Origin: Octopus vulgaris
Taxonomy: Eukaryota
Assembly (NCBI GenBank): GCA_951406725.2
Contig: OX597816.1
Span: 48,236,001 to 48,300,000 of the forward strand
Direction: 5' to 3'
DNA: 64,000 bases
Shown here: piece after piece, positions 50,236 through 64,000 of the stretch
Layout of the letters: every line of letters starts with the position of its first letter
How positions within the stretch are numbered: position 1 is the first letter of the stretch
Made by a program: the position numbers and the translations under genes
The notes under the pieces: model-generated
The model's database searches: none
What the model saw: the letters and a program-made list of their open reading frames with translations, nothing else
What the model was told of the DNA's origin: nothing

Positions 50236-50562
50236 GGAGCTCAGCGGTTAGAGCATCGGGCTCATAATCATGAGGTGGTGAGTTTGAATCCCAGACCGGG
50301 CTGTGTGTTGTGTTCTTGAGCAAGACACTTTATTTCACATTACTCCAGTTCACTCAGTCGTAGAAATGATAGTTGTGATGCCAACTGTATCAGTCTTTGC
50401 CTTTCCTTTGGATAACATCGGTGGTGTGCAGAGGGGACGCTGGTATGCACAGGTGAATGCTAGTCTTCCATAAACAACCTTGCTTGGACTTGTGCCTCAG
50501 AGGAAAACTTTCTAGGTGCAATCCCATAGTCATTCATGACTGAAGGGTGCTCTTTACACTTT
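50236..50562 (+). mobile_element. SINE family D (tRNA-derived head, TTGAGCAAGACACTT central motif)
   Basis: AGCTCAGCGGTTAGAGCATCGGGCTCATAATC...GAGTTTGAATCCC; related minus copies at ~19700-19890, ~48345-48460, ~58760-58870. Confidence 0.75.
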
Positions 50563-52300
50563 ACATACATAATGAACACACATACACACAAATATATACA
50601 CATTTGTTATGATGAACTGAAGGACTCAATACTGCATTGGTAGAGCATTAATTATTTACTTGTTTAGTTATTACCTGAAGCTGATAACACTGGTTCCATA
50701 CAGCTAATGTGTATTGCTAGACATAGTGTTAATCTTCAGTCAATGCCAGGTAACATGGACTTTATGAAGATGTAGGCATTTTAAATAATGGCTAATGCGA
50801 ACAAATGTCATGTAATGAGCTCTGAAGATGTCATAAACTAAAACAAAATAAAAAAAAGTCAAGAGATGATAAAACACATGGGCAGATGCTGTCACCTGTT
50901 TCCTTTTGGTTGGGTCATGAATTGTTTGTCTTCGGCAAGAAATACCTGTTTTCCCTTCTTGTGTCTGCTTCTGTATGAAGCATTTATGCGTGCACATCTG
51001 GTTAGGTACATGCACTGAAAATTGCATGTTTATGCTGACACTGATACATTATATCTGCATAGTTACAGTATGCAGCAAATGCTGGTGGGCACAGATTTTG
51101 TAAGTTCAGTATGTAGGTGCATGCACACTGGGTTCTCTAAAATTGTTTCACAACCTATAGGCACAGGAGTGGCTGTGTGGTGAGTAGCTTGCTTACCAAC
51201 CACATGGTTCCGGGTTCAGTCTCACAGCTTGGCACCTTGGGCTAGTGTCTTCTACTATAGCCTTGGGCCAACCAAAGACTTGTGAGTGGATTTGGTAGTC
51301 TTTGGTTGACAGAAGTCTTTGGTTGACAGAAACTGAAAGAAGCCCGTCGTATATATATATATATATATGTATATGTTTGTGTGTCTGTGTTTGTCCCCCA
51401 ACATCACTTGACAACTGATGCTAGAGACCGATAGAATAAGTACTAGGCTTACAAAGAATAAGCTCTGGGGTCGATTTGCTCGACTAAAGTCATTTGGCCA
51501 CAGTCAAATAAACAAATAAAAGAATAATTTTATTTTCATATTAATAATAAATTGGAGAAAAAGGGCTGCAAATGTGTTTTGTGTTTGATATAGCATTATG
51601 AGTAGCCTGTTCAGGGCTCAGAAGACATTTTAAGGAGTAGTTCTTAGTGTATTGTAATTGGTCAGGTGGACTTTGTGTACCAGTGGGTGATAACATTGTA
51701 CACCTACATACAAATGTGTACACAGATGCAGACATAGTTAAGTGGTGAAGTCGTAAGTTCAGTCCCTCTGCATGTGTCTTTACCATGATTTTAGGTTGAC
51801 CCAAGCCTTGTGAGCGAAAGGTGGTAGATGGAATAAAGGGTGGGAAGAACTTGTTGGCTGGATTGTAGCTCTAGTACAAAAGACCGACCTTGTCACATTT
51901 TGTGCCATGCTGATTTGGCTTGGACGCCACATGTCTGTGGAATACTCAGCCACATGTTAATTTAATGTATCACACATTCAGTTTTATGTGCGGGTGCCTT
52001 GTAGAAAGCACCCATGCTGGTGCCACATGCAAGCACCTGTTCTGGTGCTATATAGAAAGCACCTGTGCTGTTGCTGTGTTAAAAGCATCCGTGCCTATGC
52101 CGTGCAAAAGGCACCCATTGTAGTGTCACATAAAAGACACCCATGCCAGTGTCAAGTATAAAGCACCCTTTCTGGTACCATGTATAAAGCACTTGTGCTG
52201 GGGTTATGTATAAAGAAAGCACCCAGTACACTCTGTAAAGTGGTTGGTGTGGAAACCATGTCATAGAAATAAATCAGTCAAAGAAACCAAAATCAAAACA

Positions 52301-52690
52301 GGTGGCTGTGTGGTAAGTAGCTTGTTTACCAACCACATTGTTCCGGGTTCAGTCCCACTGCATGGCACCTTGGGCAAGTGTCTTCTACTATAGTCTCAGG
52401 CTGACCAAAGCCTTGTGAGTGGATTTGGTAGACAGAAACTGAAAGAAGCCTGCCGTATATATGTATATATATGCGTGTGTGTGTTTGTCCCCTTAGCATT
52501 GCTTGACAACCGATGCTGGTGTGTCTATGTCCCTGTTACTTAGCAGTTCGGCAAAAGAGGCCGATAGAATAAGTACTGGGCTTACAAAAGAATAAGTCCC
52601 GGAGTCGAGTTGCTCGATTAAAGGCGGTGCTCCAGCATGGCCGCAGTCAAAAGACTGAAGCAAGTAAAAGAGTAAAAGAGAGTAAAGAGT
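52301..52690 (+). mobile_element. SINE family A
   Basis: Consensus match. Confidence 0.9.
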
Positions 52691-53477
52691 TGCAGCCTGG
52701 GGCAGCTCTCCAGCTAGCCTGCATCTGTAAAAACCATCCAACCCATGCCAGTTTGGAAAATGAACATTGAATGATGATGATGATGATGAATGCTTGTCAA
52801 AACCAATGTTAAATCCTTTACGCACACACACATGCGCGTGCACACACACAAATGCCCACAGATGTGTGCATGTACACAGAATCATATTCATATTTGTTAT
52901 GACCAACTAATAATCAATTAAAGCTTCAGTGTCTGTGAGTTTATGATACTGGGCTGCTGCTGCTGACGGAGCGGAGCTACAGTGCCGAAACCTTGTTACA
53001 ACTGACATTGCTGAAGAGCTGTTGATTAACTATAAAAAAAAAAAAAACAAAAAAAAAACTAAATGTTTCCATTTTATTCCACAAATTAAACTGGTTGGAA
53101 AAAAAAGCCCAAAAAAAAATAGCCCAATCATATTCCACTCCTGTTCACAGTTCAGTAGTTAGAACTAGGAAAGAATTGGAATTGGAATAAACAAAACAAA
53201 ATAAGACCATTTTTCTAACAATACACAAAATGTATAATGCTGCTGTAACCTGCTACTCTGGCTCACTTGAGAGAGGAGGAGGGAGCGAGAGAGAGAGAGA
53301 AAAAGGGGAGAGAGAGACAGACAGAGACAGATCAGGGAAAGGAGAGAGGGTAATGTGAATACCATTGCTGGTGGTGGCAGCTGATGATCTGATCAAGCTA
53401 AGGAAATTCCATTGGTTTTCCTATTACTGATACAGTCTGTTGGTTACAGCTCCTGGCAGAAGCGTCACTATTTCTTA

Positions 53478-54300
53478 TACTCTTACTCTTTTACTCTTTT
53501 ACTTGTTTCAGTCATTTGACTGCGGCCATGCTGGAGCACCGCCTTTAATCGAGCAACTCGACCCCGGGACTTATTCTTTTTGTAAGCCCAGTACTTCTTC
53601 TATCGGTCTCTTTTGCCGAACCGCTAAGTAACGGGGACATAAACACACCAGCTTCGGTTGTCAAGCAATGCTAGGGGGACAAACACACAAACAAACACAC
53701 ATACATATATATATACATATATACGACAGGCTTCTTTCAGTTTCCATCTACCAAATCCACTCACAAAGCATTGGTCGGCCCGGGGCTATAGCAGAAGACA
53801 CTTGCCCAAGATGCCACGCAGTGGGACTGAACCCAGAACCATGTGGTTGGTTAGCAAGCTACTTACCACACAGCCACTCCTGCACCTATATATATACATA
53901 TATATGTTATTCTCTTATTCTTTTATTTGTTTCAGTAATTTTAAGTGTGGCCATGCTGCAGCACTGCTTTTAGTCGAACAAATCATACCCAGGACTTATT
54001 CTTTGCAAGCTTAGCACTTAATCTATTGGTTCTCTTTTGCCGAACCACTAAGTTATGGGGACGTAAACGCACCAACATCGGTTGTCAAGTGATGGTGGTG
54101 GGGAGGACAAACACAGACATACAAATACATATAGATATATATATATTTATGACAGGCTTCTTTCAGTTTCCATCTACCAAATCTATTCACAAGGCTTCAG
54201 TTGGCTCGAGGTTATAGTAGAAGATGCTTGCCCAAGACGCCTCACAATGGGACTGAACCTGGAACCATGTGGTTGGGAAGCAAGCTACTTACCACACAGT
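53478..54300 (-). mobile_element. Two consecutive SINE family A copies, minus strand (53478-53885, ~53912-54300)
   Basis: Reverse-complement consensus matches. Confidence 0.88.
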
Positions 54301-54334
54301 CTTGCCCTAATATATATGTGTGTGTGTGTGTGTG

Positions 54335-54642
54335 TGGAGGTGCAATGACCCAGTCGTTAGGGCAGTGGACTCGCGGTTGGAGGATCACAGTTTCGATTCC
54401 CAGACTGGGCGTTGTGTGTGTGTGTTTATTGAGCGAAAACACCTAAAAGCTCCACGAGGCTCCGGCAGGGGGTGGTGGTGACCCCTGTTGTATCCTTTCA
54501 CCACAACTTTCTATCACTCTCTCTTCCTGTTTCTTGAGTAGTGCTGCGATGGACTGGCGTCCTGTCCAGCTGGTGGGAACACATATGCCACTGAAACTGG
54601 GAAACCGGGCCCATGACTCTGGCTAGGCTTGAAAAGGGCGAC
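54335..54642 (+). mobile_element. tRNA-derived SINE, family E (single copy here)
   Basis: TGACCCAGTCGTTAGG (A-box-like) and GTTTCGATTCCC (B-box-like) followed by a GC-richer body, inserted in a microsatellite. Confidence 0.6.
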
Positions 54643-54669
54643 GTTTTTATATATATACATATGTATATA

Positions 54670-54720
<51 letters not shown>

Positions 54721-56218
54721 ATTCTATCTTTTTACTTGTTTCAGTCCTTAGATTCCAGCCATGCCGGAGCACCGCTTTGAAAAATTTTTTTTCTTTTTAG
54801 TCGAATGAATTGATCCCAGTACTTAAATTTTTACTTATTCCCATGCAGTTGAGAAGCAAGCTTCTTACCACACAGTCATGCCTGCACCTATAACTGGTAC
54901 AGCTACTGTAAGGCATTGCATATGATGGTCTTTCGTCATCATCATCATCACCAGCACATCAACCTTTCCATGCTTGCGTAGGTTTATTGCAAAGTTCTAT
55001 TGAGGTAAATTTTCTAAGGCTGGATGCCTTTTCTGTTGCCAACCATAGCCTGTTACCAAATAAGGTAATATTTCCCTATGGCCAGTCATGTTGTTGGAGA
55101 ATATTGGAAACGAATGACACTGCTTGTATGACAGTGACAATCATTTACAGCTGTCACATGATGTCAAAAACAAGGAGATACAAACACACACCCACTCACA
55201 TATACATTGCAGACTCACACACACATACATGTAAATACATACAATGGGCTTTTCCCAGTTTCCATCTACTAAATCCACACACAACGCTTTGTTTTTCTCT
55301 GTGCTATTGTAGAAACACTTGTTCAAGGTGCCATGCAGAGGGGCCGAATGCAAAACCTTGTGGATAGGAAGCAAACTTCTTAACCACATAACCATGCTTG
55401 TGCTTAGGCATGCTTCTAACAATTATGCCAATTCACTCCATCGAACCAGCACTTTATTTAATCAATCGAGAAAGGACAAATGCTCAATGGGATTTGAACT
55501 CAGAATGTAGAGAGTCATGAGAAAATACTGCAAAATATATATTCTTTCCCATACTCTAACAACTCTGACAATTTGCTGACTTCATAAACCCAATAACGAT
55601 AATTAAATAATTTCTAAACTGGTCCTTAGAGACCTTTATGTATGAGGTATCATTCCCTTCCTTGTGTAATGGTTTCAAGCCAGTGAACTGAAGTTTAATT
55701 AGTAGTTATTTAATTAACTTCACATTAATTAATCAGCCAGGTAACCAATTTAAATGACGTTTTGCAAATCAGCTCGGCTTTGTCATTGTTATTTAAACAA
55801 ATCACAAGAAACATTGTTCTTTTCATTGTGGGATATAAAGAAGAAGCATCCACCTCGCCTTTCTCTGTCTCTTGCCTCTATAGCAGCAGCTTCTTCTGTG
55901 AATTAAGTCACGTATCATGTCTGCCTAAGTCCACCTTATCATTACTCATCATCCTTTTTCCTGCCTCATCTTTGTAAACTCTGTAGTAAACATTTCTCTA
56001 AAAAAAAAAAAAAGGCATGTCTACTTTTCATACTTTTCTTCACAGCTGCAGATATAACTGCAGGGTTAAGAAGCTCACTTTGCAACTATGTGGTTGCAGG
56101 TTGAGTTCTACTGGGCAGCACCTTGGGCAAGTGTTTTTTTTTTATTATAGCTTCAGCCTGACCAATGCCTTGTGAGTGAGTTTCTTAGACAGAGTGTATA
56201 AGCTTGTTATATATATAT

Positions 56219-56607
56219 ACTCTTTACTCTTTTACTTGTTTCAGTCATTTGACTGTGGCCATGCTGGAGCACCGCATTTAGTCGAGCAAATCGACCCTAG
56301 GACTTATTCTTTGTAAGCCTAGTACTTATTCTATCGGTCTATTTTGCCGAACCACTAAGTTATGGGGACATAAACACACCAGCATTGGTTGTCAAGTGAT
56401 GCTGAGGGAACAAATATAGACACACAAATATATACATATATATATACATATGTATATATATATATACATATATACAATGGGCTTCTTACAGTTTCTGTCT
56501 ACCAAATCCACACACAAGGCTTTGGTCGGCCCAAGGTGCCACACAATGGGACTGAACCCAGAACCATGTGGTTGGTAAGCAAGCTACTTACCACATAATC
56601 ACTCCAC

Positions 56608-56610
<3 letters not shown>
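56219..56610 (-). mobile_element. SINE family A, minus strand
   Basis: Consensus match with a small internal deletion. Confidence 0.88.
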
Positions 56611-56640
<30 letters not shown>

Positions 56641-56842
56641 CATATATATATGTGTATATATTGTCCCACCGATGCCAGCATGGAAGGTGGACGTTAAACG
56701 ATGATAATGATGATATATTCACACTGCTAAACCAGACTGGGGTCTGGTGCAGCCCCCCCCCCCCCCACTTACCAGCTCTGATCATACTGTCCAACCCATG
56801 CTAGCATGGACACTGGACGTTAAATAATGATGATGATGATAA

Positions 56843-56900
<58 letters not shown>

Positions 56901-59900
56901 AAAGGATTTTTGTCTAATGATGTAATTTAATAGGTATATACAAGTGCCCAGTTTGGTTTACCATTTTGTTAGAAGTGCTAACAATTCTGCCTGCTGTGTC
57001 CCTAATTTAGAAACACAGCTTTTCCTTTTGAGAGAAAGGAATTAATCAGTACCATTGAAACCTCCCCCCACTCCAAATCCCTCCAATACATGACTGGTTC
57101 TTTATTTTATCAAGCCTGAAAGGATGAAAGGCAAAGCTGAAGACAAACAAGATTTGAACTCAGAATGTAAAGAGTAGAAACAAGCACTAACTCTATAAGT
57201 CTTCTATCTTGATGCTGTAAAGACTAATAATTGATAATCTTTTCTACTCTAAGCACAAGGCCCGTTTTTTCTGTTTCTTTTTTTTTTTTAGGTGGGGGCC
57301 AGTCAATTAGGTTGACTCCACTTAATTTATCAACCCTGAAAGGATGAAAGGCAAAGTCAACCTCAGTGGGATTTGAACTCAGAACGTCAAGACAGACTAA
57401 ATGCTGCTAAGCATTTCACCCAGCATGCTAATGTTTCTGCCAGCTCGCTGCTTTACTCCAATAATTGATTATAAAATAATTTCATTGATTTATTTATTTG
57501 CTGAAATACAATGAGCCCTACAGGCATTAAATAACAGTTGTTGAAGTAGAACATTGGTAAATTTAATCACACCAATCTGGGAGGGATTGCAAAGTCATGG
57601 GTGTTGAATCTACTCTACTCCCACCACCGAAAATGAAAGTTCTGTTGATTCCTTTCAAATCACTCCATTCTATTTACATATATTTATCTTTATGCATTTT
57701 ATATTGCAGTTGGTGAACAATAACATCATTACTCATAGATTTGCAATGAATCAATCACTGCTTCACTGCAATTATGATGTCTTGAGGGACAAGGGAGTGT
57801 CTGCAACTCAGTGCTAAACAAATATCACAAAAGAATTCACTCAAAGAGTACCAGTTTTTTTTTTCTTTTTCCCCAGTTTGCTCATTCATGATCCTTCATT
57901 GATCTTTCGTCGGCATACAAGTAGTTAAAGATATACATACATGTGCACATGCATATACCCCATTGTGTTATATCTTGGGCAAGTGTCATTTCCTACAACC
58001 CTGGGCCAACCAAACCATTGTGAATGGATTTAGTAGATAGAAACTAGAAAAAAGATTTGTTAGATAGAAACTAAAAATGAAGGCAGCGAGCTGGCAGAAA
58101 CGTTAGCACACCGGGCGAAATGCTTAGCGGTATTTCGTCCGCCATTACGTTCTGAGTTCAAATTCCACCGAGGTCGACTTTGCCTTTCATCCTTTCAGGG
58201 TCGATTAAATAAGTACCAGTTATGCACTGGGGTCGATGTAATTGACTTAATCCCTTTGTCTGTCCTTGTTTGTCCCCTCTATGTTTAGCCTCTTGTTGGC
58301 AATAAAGAAATAAGAAACTAAAAAAAAGCTATTGTGTGTGTGTTTGTGTGTGTTACCATCTCCCTACCTTGATATTGCATGACACTTGTAAACTGTCTTC
58401 TGTAAAAACATGTCTGGCCAAGGAGAAATATTACCTTACTTGGGTACAGGTGAGGGTTGGCAACAGGAAGAGCATACGCATCAACAAAATTCCATCTGGC
58501 TCATATGAGCATGGAAAAGTGGATATTAAAAGTGGATGATGATATACACTCTCCCACACATATACATATATGTACGCATACATACATACATACATATTAT
58601 AGTTGATCCGATCAATGGAACAGCTTGCTCCAGAAAGTGGCATGCAAGTGGCAGGGCACTCGACAAACATGTGTACCCTTAGCATAGTTCTCAGGGAGAT
58701 TCAGCTTAACACAGAATGCAACAAGGCTGGCTCTTTGAATTACAAGTACTACCCATTTTCCCCTGTTGACTGGACTGGAGCAGTATGAAATAAAGTACCT
58801 TACTCAAGGACCCAATGCACTATCAGGAATTGAAGTTACAGCCTAAGGATTATGAGTCTAGCCACTAGGCCACTTGCCTTCATACATCACACACACACAC
58901 ACACACTGAGTAAATGGATTGCCATCAGTTTTCAGTGGTCAATATTCAATTGATCAATCAAGTGGATGGCTTGCTCATTGAACTATTATGTAGGTGGCTG
59001 AGTATTCCATTGATACATCTGTCTTTATTATAATTCCAAGACAGAATGAGTGTAACACAGTGTGGCAAGGCTGGAGACCTTTAAATAACATGTATAATCT
59101 AACCAGTGAACCCTTGTAGTTTCATGTCTATTGAAATTCATTCACAAGGCTTGAATCAACATATGGCCTTTGTAAAGACATTTTTTCGAAGTGCCACGGA
59201 GTAGGTTTGAACTTGGGATCTTGCAAATGCAAAGCAGAGCAAACCTCTTAACCATTTAACTATGCTGTGTCCACACTCGCAAGCTTAAACAGAGCTGGCT
59301 TCTGCACAGTTTCCATTTACCAAATTTCATTCACAAAGTATTGGTCAGCCTGTAACTAAGTTAAAAAAAGAATTGTTCAGGATACCACAAGCTGGGATTG
59401 AACTCAGAACCATGTCGTTGTGAAGTGAACTTGTTAACTGCATAGCTGTGTATGTATCCATGTGGAAGCTCCTTTTTATTGTTTTGTTTTTTGTAAGAAT
59501 ATGAGGACATTGTGTATGTGACTTGTTAACCATTTCAAGCAATGAATCAATGTCGCTAAGCAGTAAAAATGTGAAAAATATAGATTTTTTTTTTTCATTG
59601 ACGGCCACCACAGTTCTCATAGCAACAGACTCCACAAAATGGTGTCCTTACTCTCTTGACCTATGATCATACACAGCTCATATGTTTGGACACTTTGCAA
59701 ATGCTAGGCCAAATGACCTCTGAATAGCACTTAGAAATTTTCCAGTTCATAACCCCAGAAAATATTTCCACTTCGTATGAGAAGCTGATAAATTTTTACT
59801 AAGTACAAATAGATTCTACAGTACTGTACACATATACATTCACTTACACATACATACCTGCACGCACACACACAGACATATTTATATATACATACACATG

Positions 59901-60792
59901 TGTATATGTACACCTACACACATACACATACATGCTATTATGTGTATTTTACACTCACACAACTATACACAATACAATATATTTTAAAGAGAGAGAAATT
60001 GTTGTCTGTCTAGTAAGTAATACTTATTAATACTCTATAATAACTTTCCTGCTATCAAGCTGTGCCCTCTTTGTATATTTCACAACTCTTCTTACAACTC
60101 AAAGACCTTTTATATTTCTCTACTAACCATTTTGCTTCCCCTCTTCAAAAATCTTGCACCATGAACTTTACCTACAATTCTTCCATAGGTCTCTCCTTTC
60201 CAAAGTATAAATTCTACTCAGGTGAACTTTGCCTTTCGTCCTTTGAGGCTCAATAAAATAAAGTACCAGTCACATTCTGGTATCAATGGTATCAACTAAC
60301 CTACTGCCCTCTGAAATGCTCAAGCTGGCAGAAGTGTTAGGGCACTGGAAAAATGCCTTGTGATAGTCCATCCAACTCATTATGTTCCGAGTTCAAATTC
60401 TGCCTTTTCAATTTTTCAGGAGTTGATGAAATAAAGTACCAGTCAACTATTAGGGTCAGTCTTCTTCTTAGCCTATGCCACATTACATGTTTGACATTGA
60501 CTCCGACTTGAGAGCAAATTTCCTCCAGGCTATGCGAGATGACATTGCACTTCAACTCTGAAATATCACATAGTCCTCTATCCTGCATAAGTTTATGGAT
60601 ATACATCATACGAATTGGACCACCCGGCTTGAGTGTTCCCATGGAGTAATAGAAAAATGGTGCAGTGCCTTGTTGATCTGTTCAATGTAAACAGTGGCCT
60701 GTAAATTTTAGCCATCTTTGTTTGATTATCTAGGTGACAGGTGGTAAAAATCCATACAGTGATGTGTTTGATATATGGCTAGCATAAGAGCG

Positions 60793-61212
60793 AAGGCAGT
60801 GAGCTGGCAGAAACGTTAGCACACCGGGCGAAATGCTTAGCGGTATTTTGTCTGTCTTTACGTTCTGTGTTCAAATTCTGCTGAGGTTGACTTTGCCTTT
60901 CATCCTTTTGGGGTTGATTAAATAAGTACCAGTTATGCACTGGGGTCGATACAATCGGCTTAATCCATCTATCTGTCCTTGTTTGTCCTCTCTGTGTTTA
61001 GTCCCTTGTGGGTAGTAAAGAAATAGGTATTTCGTCTGTCTTTACGTTCTGTGTTCAAATTTCGCTGAGGTCAACTTTGCCTTTCATCCTTTCGGGGTCG
61101 ATAAATTAAGTACCAATTACGCACTGGGGTCGATGTAATCGACTTAATCCGTTTGTCTGTCCTTATTTGTTCCCTCTATGTTTAGCCCCTTGTGGGCAAT
61201 AAACAAATAAGA
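60793..61212 (+). mobile_element. SINE family B with a tandem partial duplication
   Basis: Full copy 60793-61025 directly followed by a 5'-truncated copy starting GGTATTTCGTCTG at ~61026. Confidence 0.85.
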
Positions 61213-64000
61213 AACGATATGGCTAGCACAAGAGATGTTAAAAGTCTTGCGCTGTCTAGTTGAATGTATGTGCTGTCTAGTGATCACTCTTGGGCCATTG
61301 TAAGAGACTAACATTCAGAGCTGTAAAGCAAAACAGATTCTACCATAGCATGAAGCAGGTGTAATTTTTGGTCACATGACAGGTTGTAGTGCTTTCCAAG
61401 TTATCCATAATTTGTTGGATGCTGACCATGTTATCACTTTATGAATGTAAGCATCTGTGTTAGGTTGATGCTGATGTTGGCTGATCTCCACCTCTTAGAA
61501 TTGTTGGTCTTGTGCCTACATCAGAATTTGCTATTATTATTTTTGAGAGCAATATATGAAATTTTTAGCCCATGTTGGGCAGATATTTTAAATGGTGGTG
61601 CCTCAGCTAGAATACATTAAAGAATATAAGTTTTCAGAAAATTACATGCCTTCAAAAATAATTTCAAGGGCTTCACATTCCCTGCACCAAAACAAAAAAA
61701 AAAAAGCATCCAAAACACATCGATAGCAAGAATAATTATTATTTCCTATAGCTGTATTCCCTTTCTACCACTAAACAGGCATGTGTCATGCTCAAGAGGC
61801 ACAACTCTATGGCTTCAGTAAAATTTGATCTTTTGATTATGGGGTCAATTAAATAGCACACAATGAAACCTACAGTCCTTCTACTTCATCTATCATCAGT
61901 TATATGAACATATTCTTGATGGCAATATGATATATTACTTTATTTTGATATGTTATTTAGATTTACTTGAGGGTTTCATTTCATTGTTGATAGCTTCTTT
62001 ACTCCATCATTCTAAATATGTTTGAAAACATATCTTACTTTATGAAGCACACTACTATTATCTATTGATTTGACACTGAGGTGAAATTGAATCAAGCATT
62101 AAATATACGAATTTTATGCTCTTATATCAGATTTTGCCAGGGTGTGGTGGTAGTGGTGATGGTAAAAAGAAAAAAATTATCTGGAAGTTCACAGATTTTT
62201 TGCAAGGGTAGGGTATAATGTAGCTGGAAATGAAGTGAAATAACTTAACTTTCACCTGAAATTAATAATAAAAAAAAAAGATAAAAATAAAAAAAATAAA
62301 ATGAAGTGCAAGGAAGAAGAAAAACAAAGAGACTGTGAACTTACCTCCTTGAGAGCTTACGTCTGTTCTCAGATATTTACTCATTTCAGATTGCATTTTC
62401 TTGGTTTCTTACCTTCACTAGATATCCTTGAAGTAATTAGGATCTGAAGTGTTGCTCTAATCCTATTTAATGTTATTCTTGACAAAATTATTATTTTAAA
62501 AGTAAAAGTATAACAAACGAAATTTAATTATGCTATTCCGACGCAGTCCAAGATTTCCGAACACTTCTACAATTTCCTTGCTTCTATCATATCAAATATA
62601 AAGAGATTGGGTACCTTTAAGAAATACAAGTAATGCAAGAACAAATATAAAACAAGATATGGCAAAATTATTTTCCAAATTTAATCATTATTGCTTTGCT
62701 TCCATAGATTAGAATTTAATGGGAGAATAGCACTTGACAATTCCTGAAATGCTTGATGCCTCAATTATATATATAAAAAAGTAGAATTCAGCTGTGGTAC
62801 AAAGAAACTCTATACATGTTAAGAGATTTCAGTAGAGTTTTCTGAAAAGCCTCTACATCTTTTGTTGGACATTACAGCAGTCCAGGTAGTGATAATCTTT
62901 CAATCACAGATATCAAAGCAACAAGCTTATTTCAGTGTGGCTCTTACTTGCCTTATCTCAAAACAGTTATAACATAATGGTGTATTCTTTGGAAATATCA
63001 GAGCTACAGAATGTTCTGCCACTTGTAGTTTATTTTATTGCTACCTGCTATCCACAGTCCTTGGAATCAGCAAGCCATAGCTATCGTTGTCCTTGTTGTG
63101 TCCATCCACCTCCATATCAGTCCTTACACTAACCACAGTGTTTCTGTGGAATTTTCTTCCTGCTCATGCTTTACCTGCACATGTTGCCCTTACAACAGTT
63201 TGTCATCATGCTCAATGGTCTTGTTGTTGTTGCTAAGCAACAAGACGGGTAAGGGTGATTAAGTGATGATCTAGGGCTTAGGGGCAGGAGACCCCAGATC
63301 TTGGAAAAAAAACAAAAACTTTGGTCGTCTTGTTGTAGTTGAGGGCTCTTTGTTGATGCCTGACATCACTGGGAGGTAACCCTTGAAGTCACTGGAAATG
63401 GAGATCTCCAGGTCTAAATTCTTGAATGGCTGCTCAATAGTCTTGGAAGGTACTGCCCCTTCCTCTGAGCTTAACTAGTAAAAACAAACAAAAAAGAACT
63501 CTAAAATCAAAAATCATTCTTTAACTGTCTAATGAAAAATACAAGCTTTGGGTGTAAAATATAGCTCCAGGTTTTGAAATATAGCTCCTGGTATAAAATA
63601 CTGCTTCTAGCTGAAGACTACAATTTATGATGAATAATACCGTTCTTACATTTTAAACTGGATTTGCTTAACAAAATGTCTGTAAGCTATGTCTGGCGGA
63701 AAAAGCTTGCAACTTTTGGGGTATTTTTTTTTCTAGGAAAGAAGCAGCAGCTTTTGTTGTTTTGGGTTTTTATTTTTGTTAATGAATTAAAAGTATATAT
63801 ATGAATGTATATAGGATGATGATGATGATAAAATGTTTTCCCTGTATATTTTAGCTGTTTTGGATGACATCTTTAATTGAGTATTAAAATCGGCTTTAAT
63901 GTTTTATAAATGAGTTTATAAAGAACATTTTGTATATTCATTTTGTTAAAAATGTGATTTAAAATTATCTTTTGTCCAACAATTACAATGTGCATGAAAA

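Noticed and set aside
62338-62460. Possible minus-strand exon with GTAAG donor-like sites (~62340, ~62408)
   Set aside because: All three frames contain stops and there is no supporting neighbour exon; cannot be supported without RNA data
63000-63480. Possible degenerate LINE fragments (also ~29750-30200, ~60480-60760)
   Set aside because: The composition is suggestive but no motif was clear enough to assign

Overview
AT-rich, repeat-saturated eukaryotic DNA with no supportable host protein-coding exon. Nearly all ORFs in the track are translations of (TA)n/(TG)n/(TAT)n microsatellites or SINEs. The SINE and microsatellite content looks like an octopus (coleoid cephalopod) genome, which is an inference. 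The window holds several tRNA-derived SINE families, mariner/Tc1, hAT and MULE-type MITEs, Helitron/Helentron remnants, RTE and L1/Tx1 LINE fragments and a Penelope-like (PLE) reverse-transcriptase fossil. The most interesting signal is three different non-coding mobile families that each carry a type I hammerhead ribozyme (HHR) motif with a short palindromic helix III. (1) A 1.5-unit, 357-nt retrozyme-like element with a 15-bp TSD and a U3-A8 core variant (46686-47218), inserted inside the Penelope fossil. (2) A ~350-nt tandem retrozyme-like array with an inverted 5' arm (10978-12190). (3) A tRNA-headed SINE-like element ending in a minimal PLE-type HHR (17124-17594, with related pieces at 1467-1691 and 12500-12645). 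Several of these and other palindromes share an 'inverted arm + unpaired 3' tail' geometry typical of Penelope insertions. All structures were read by eye; nothing was computed or searched.
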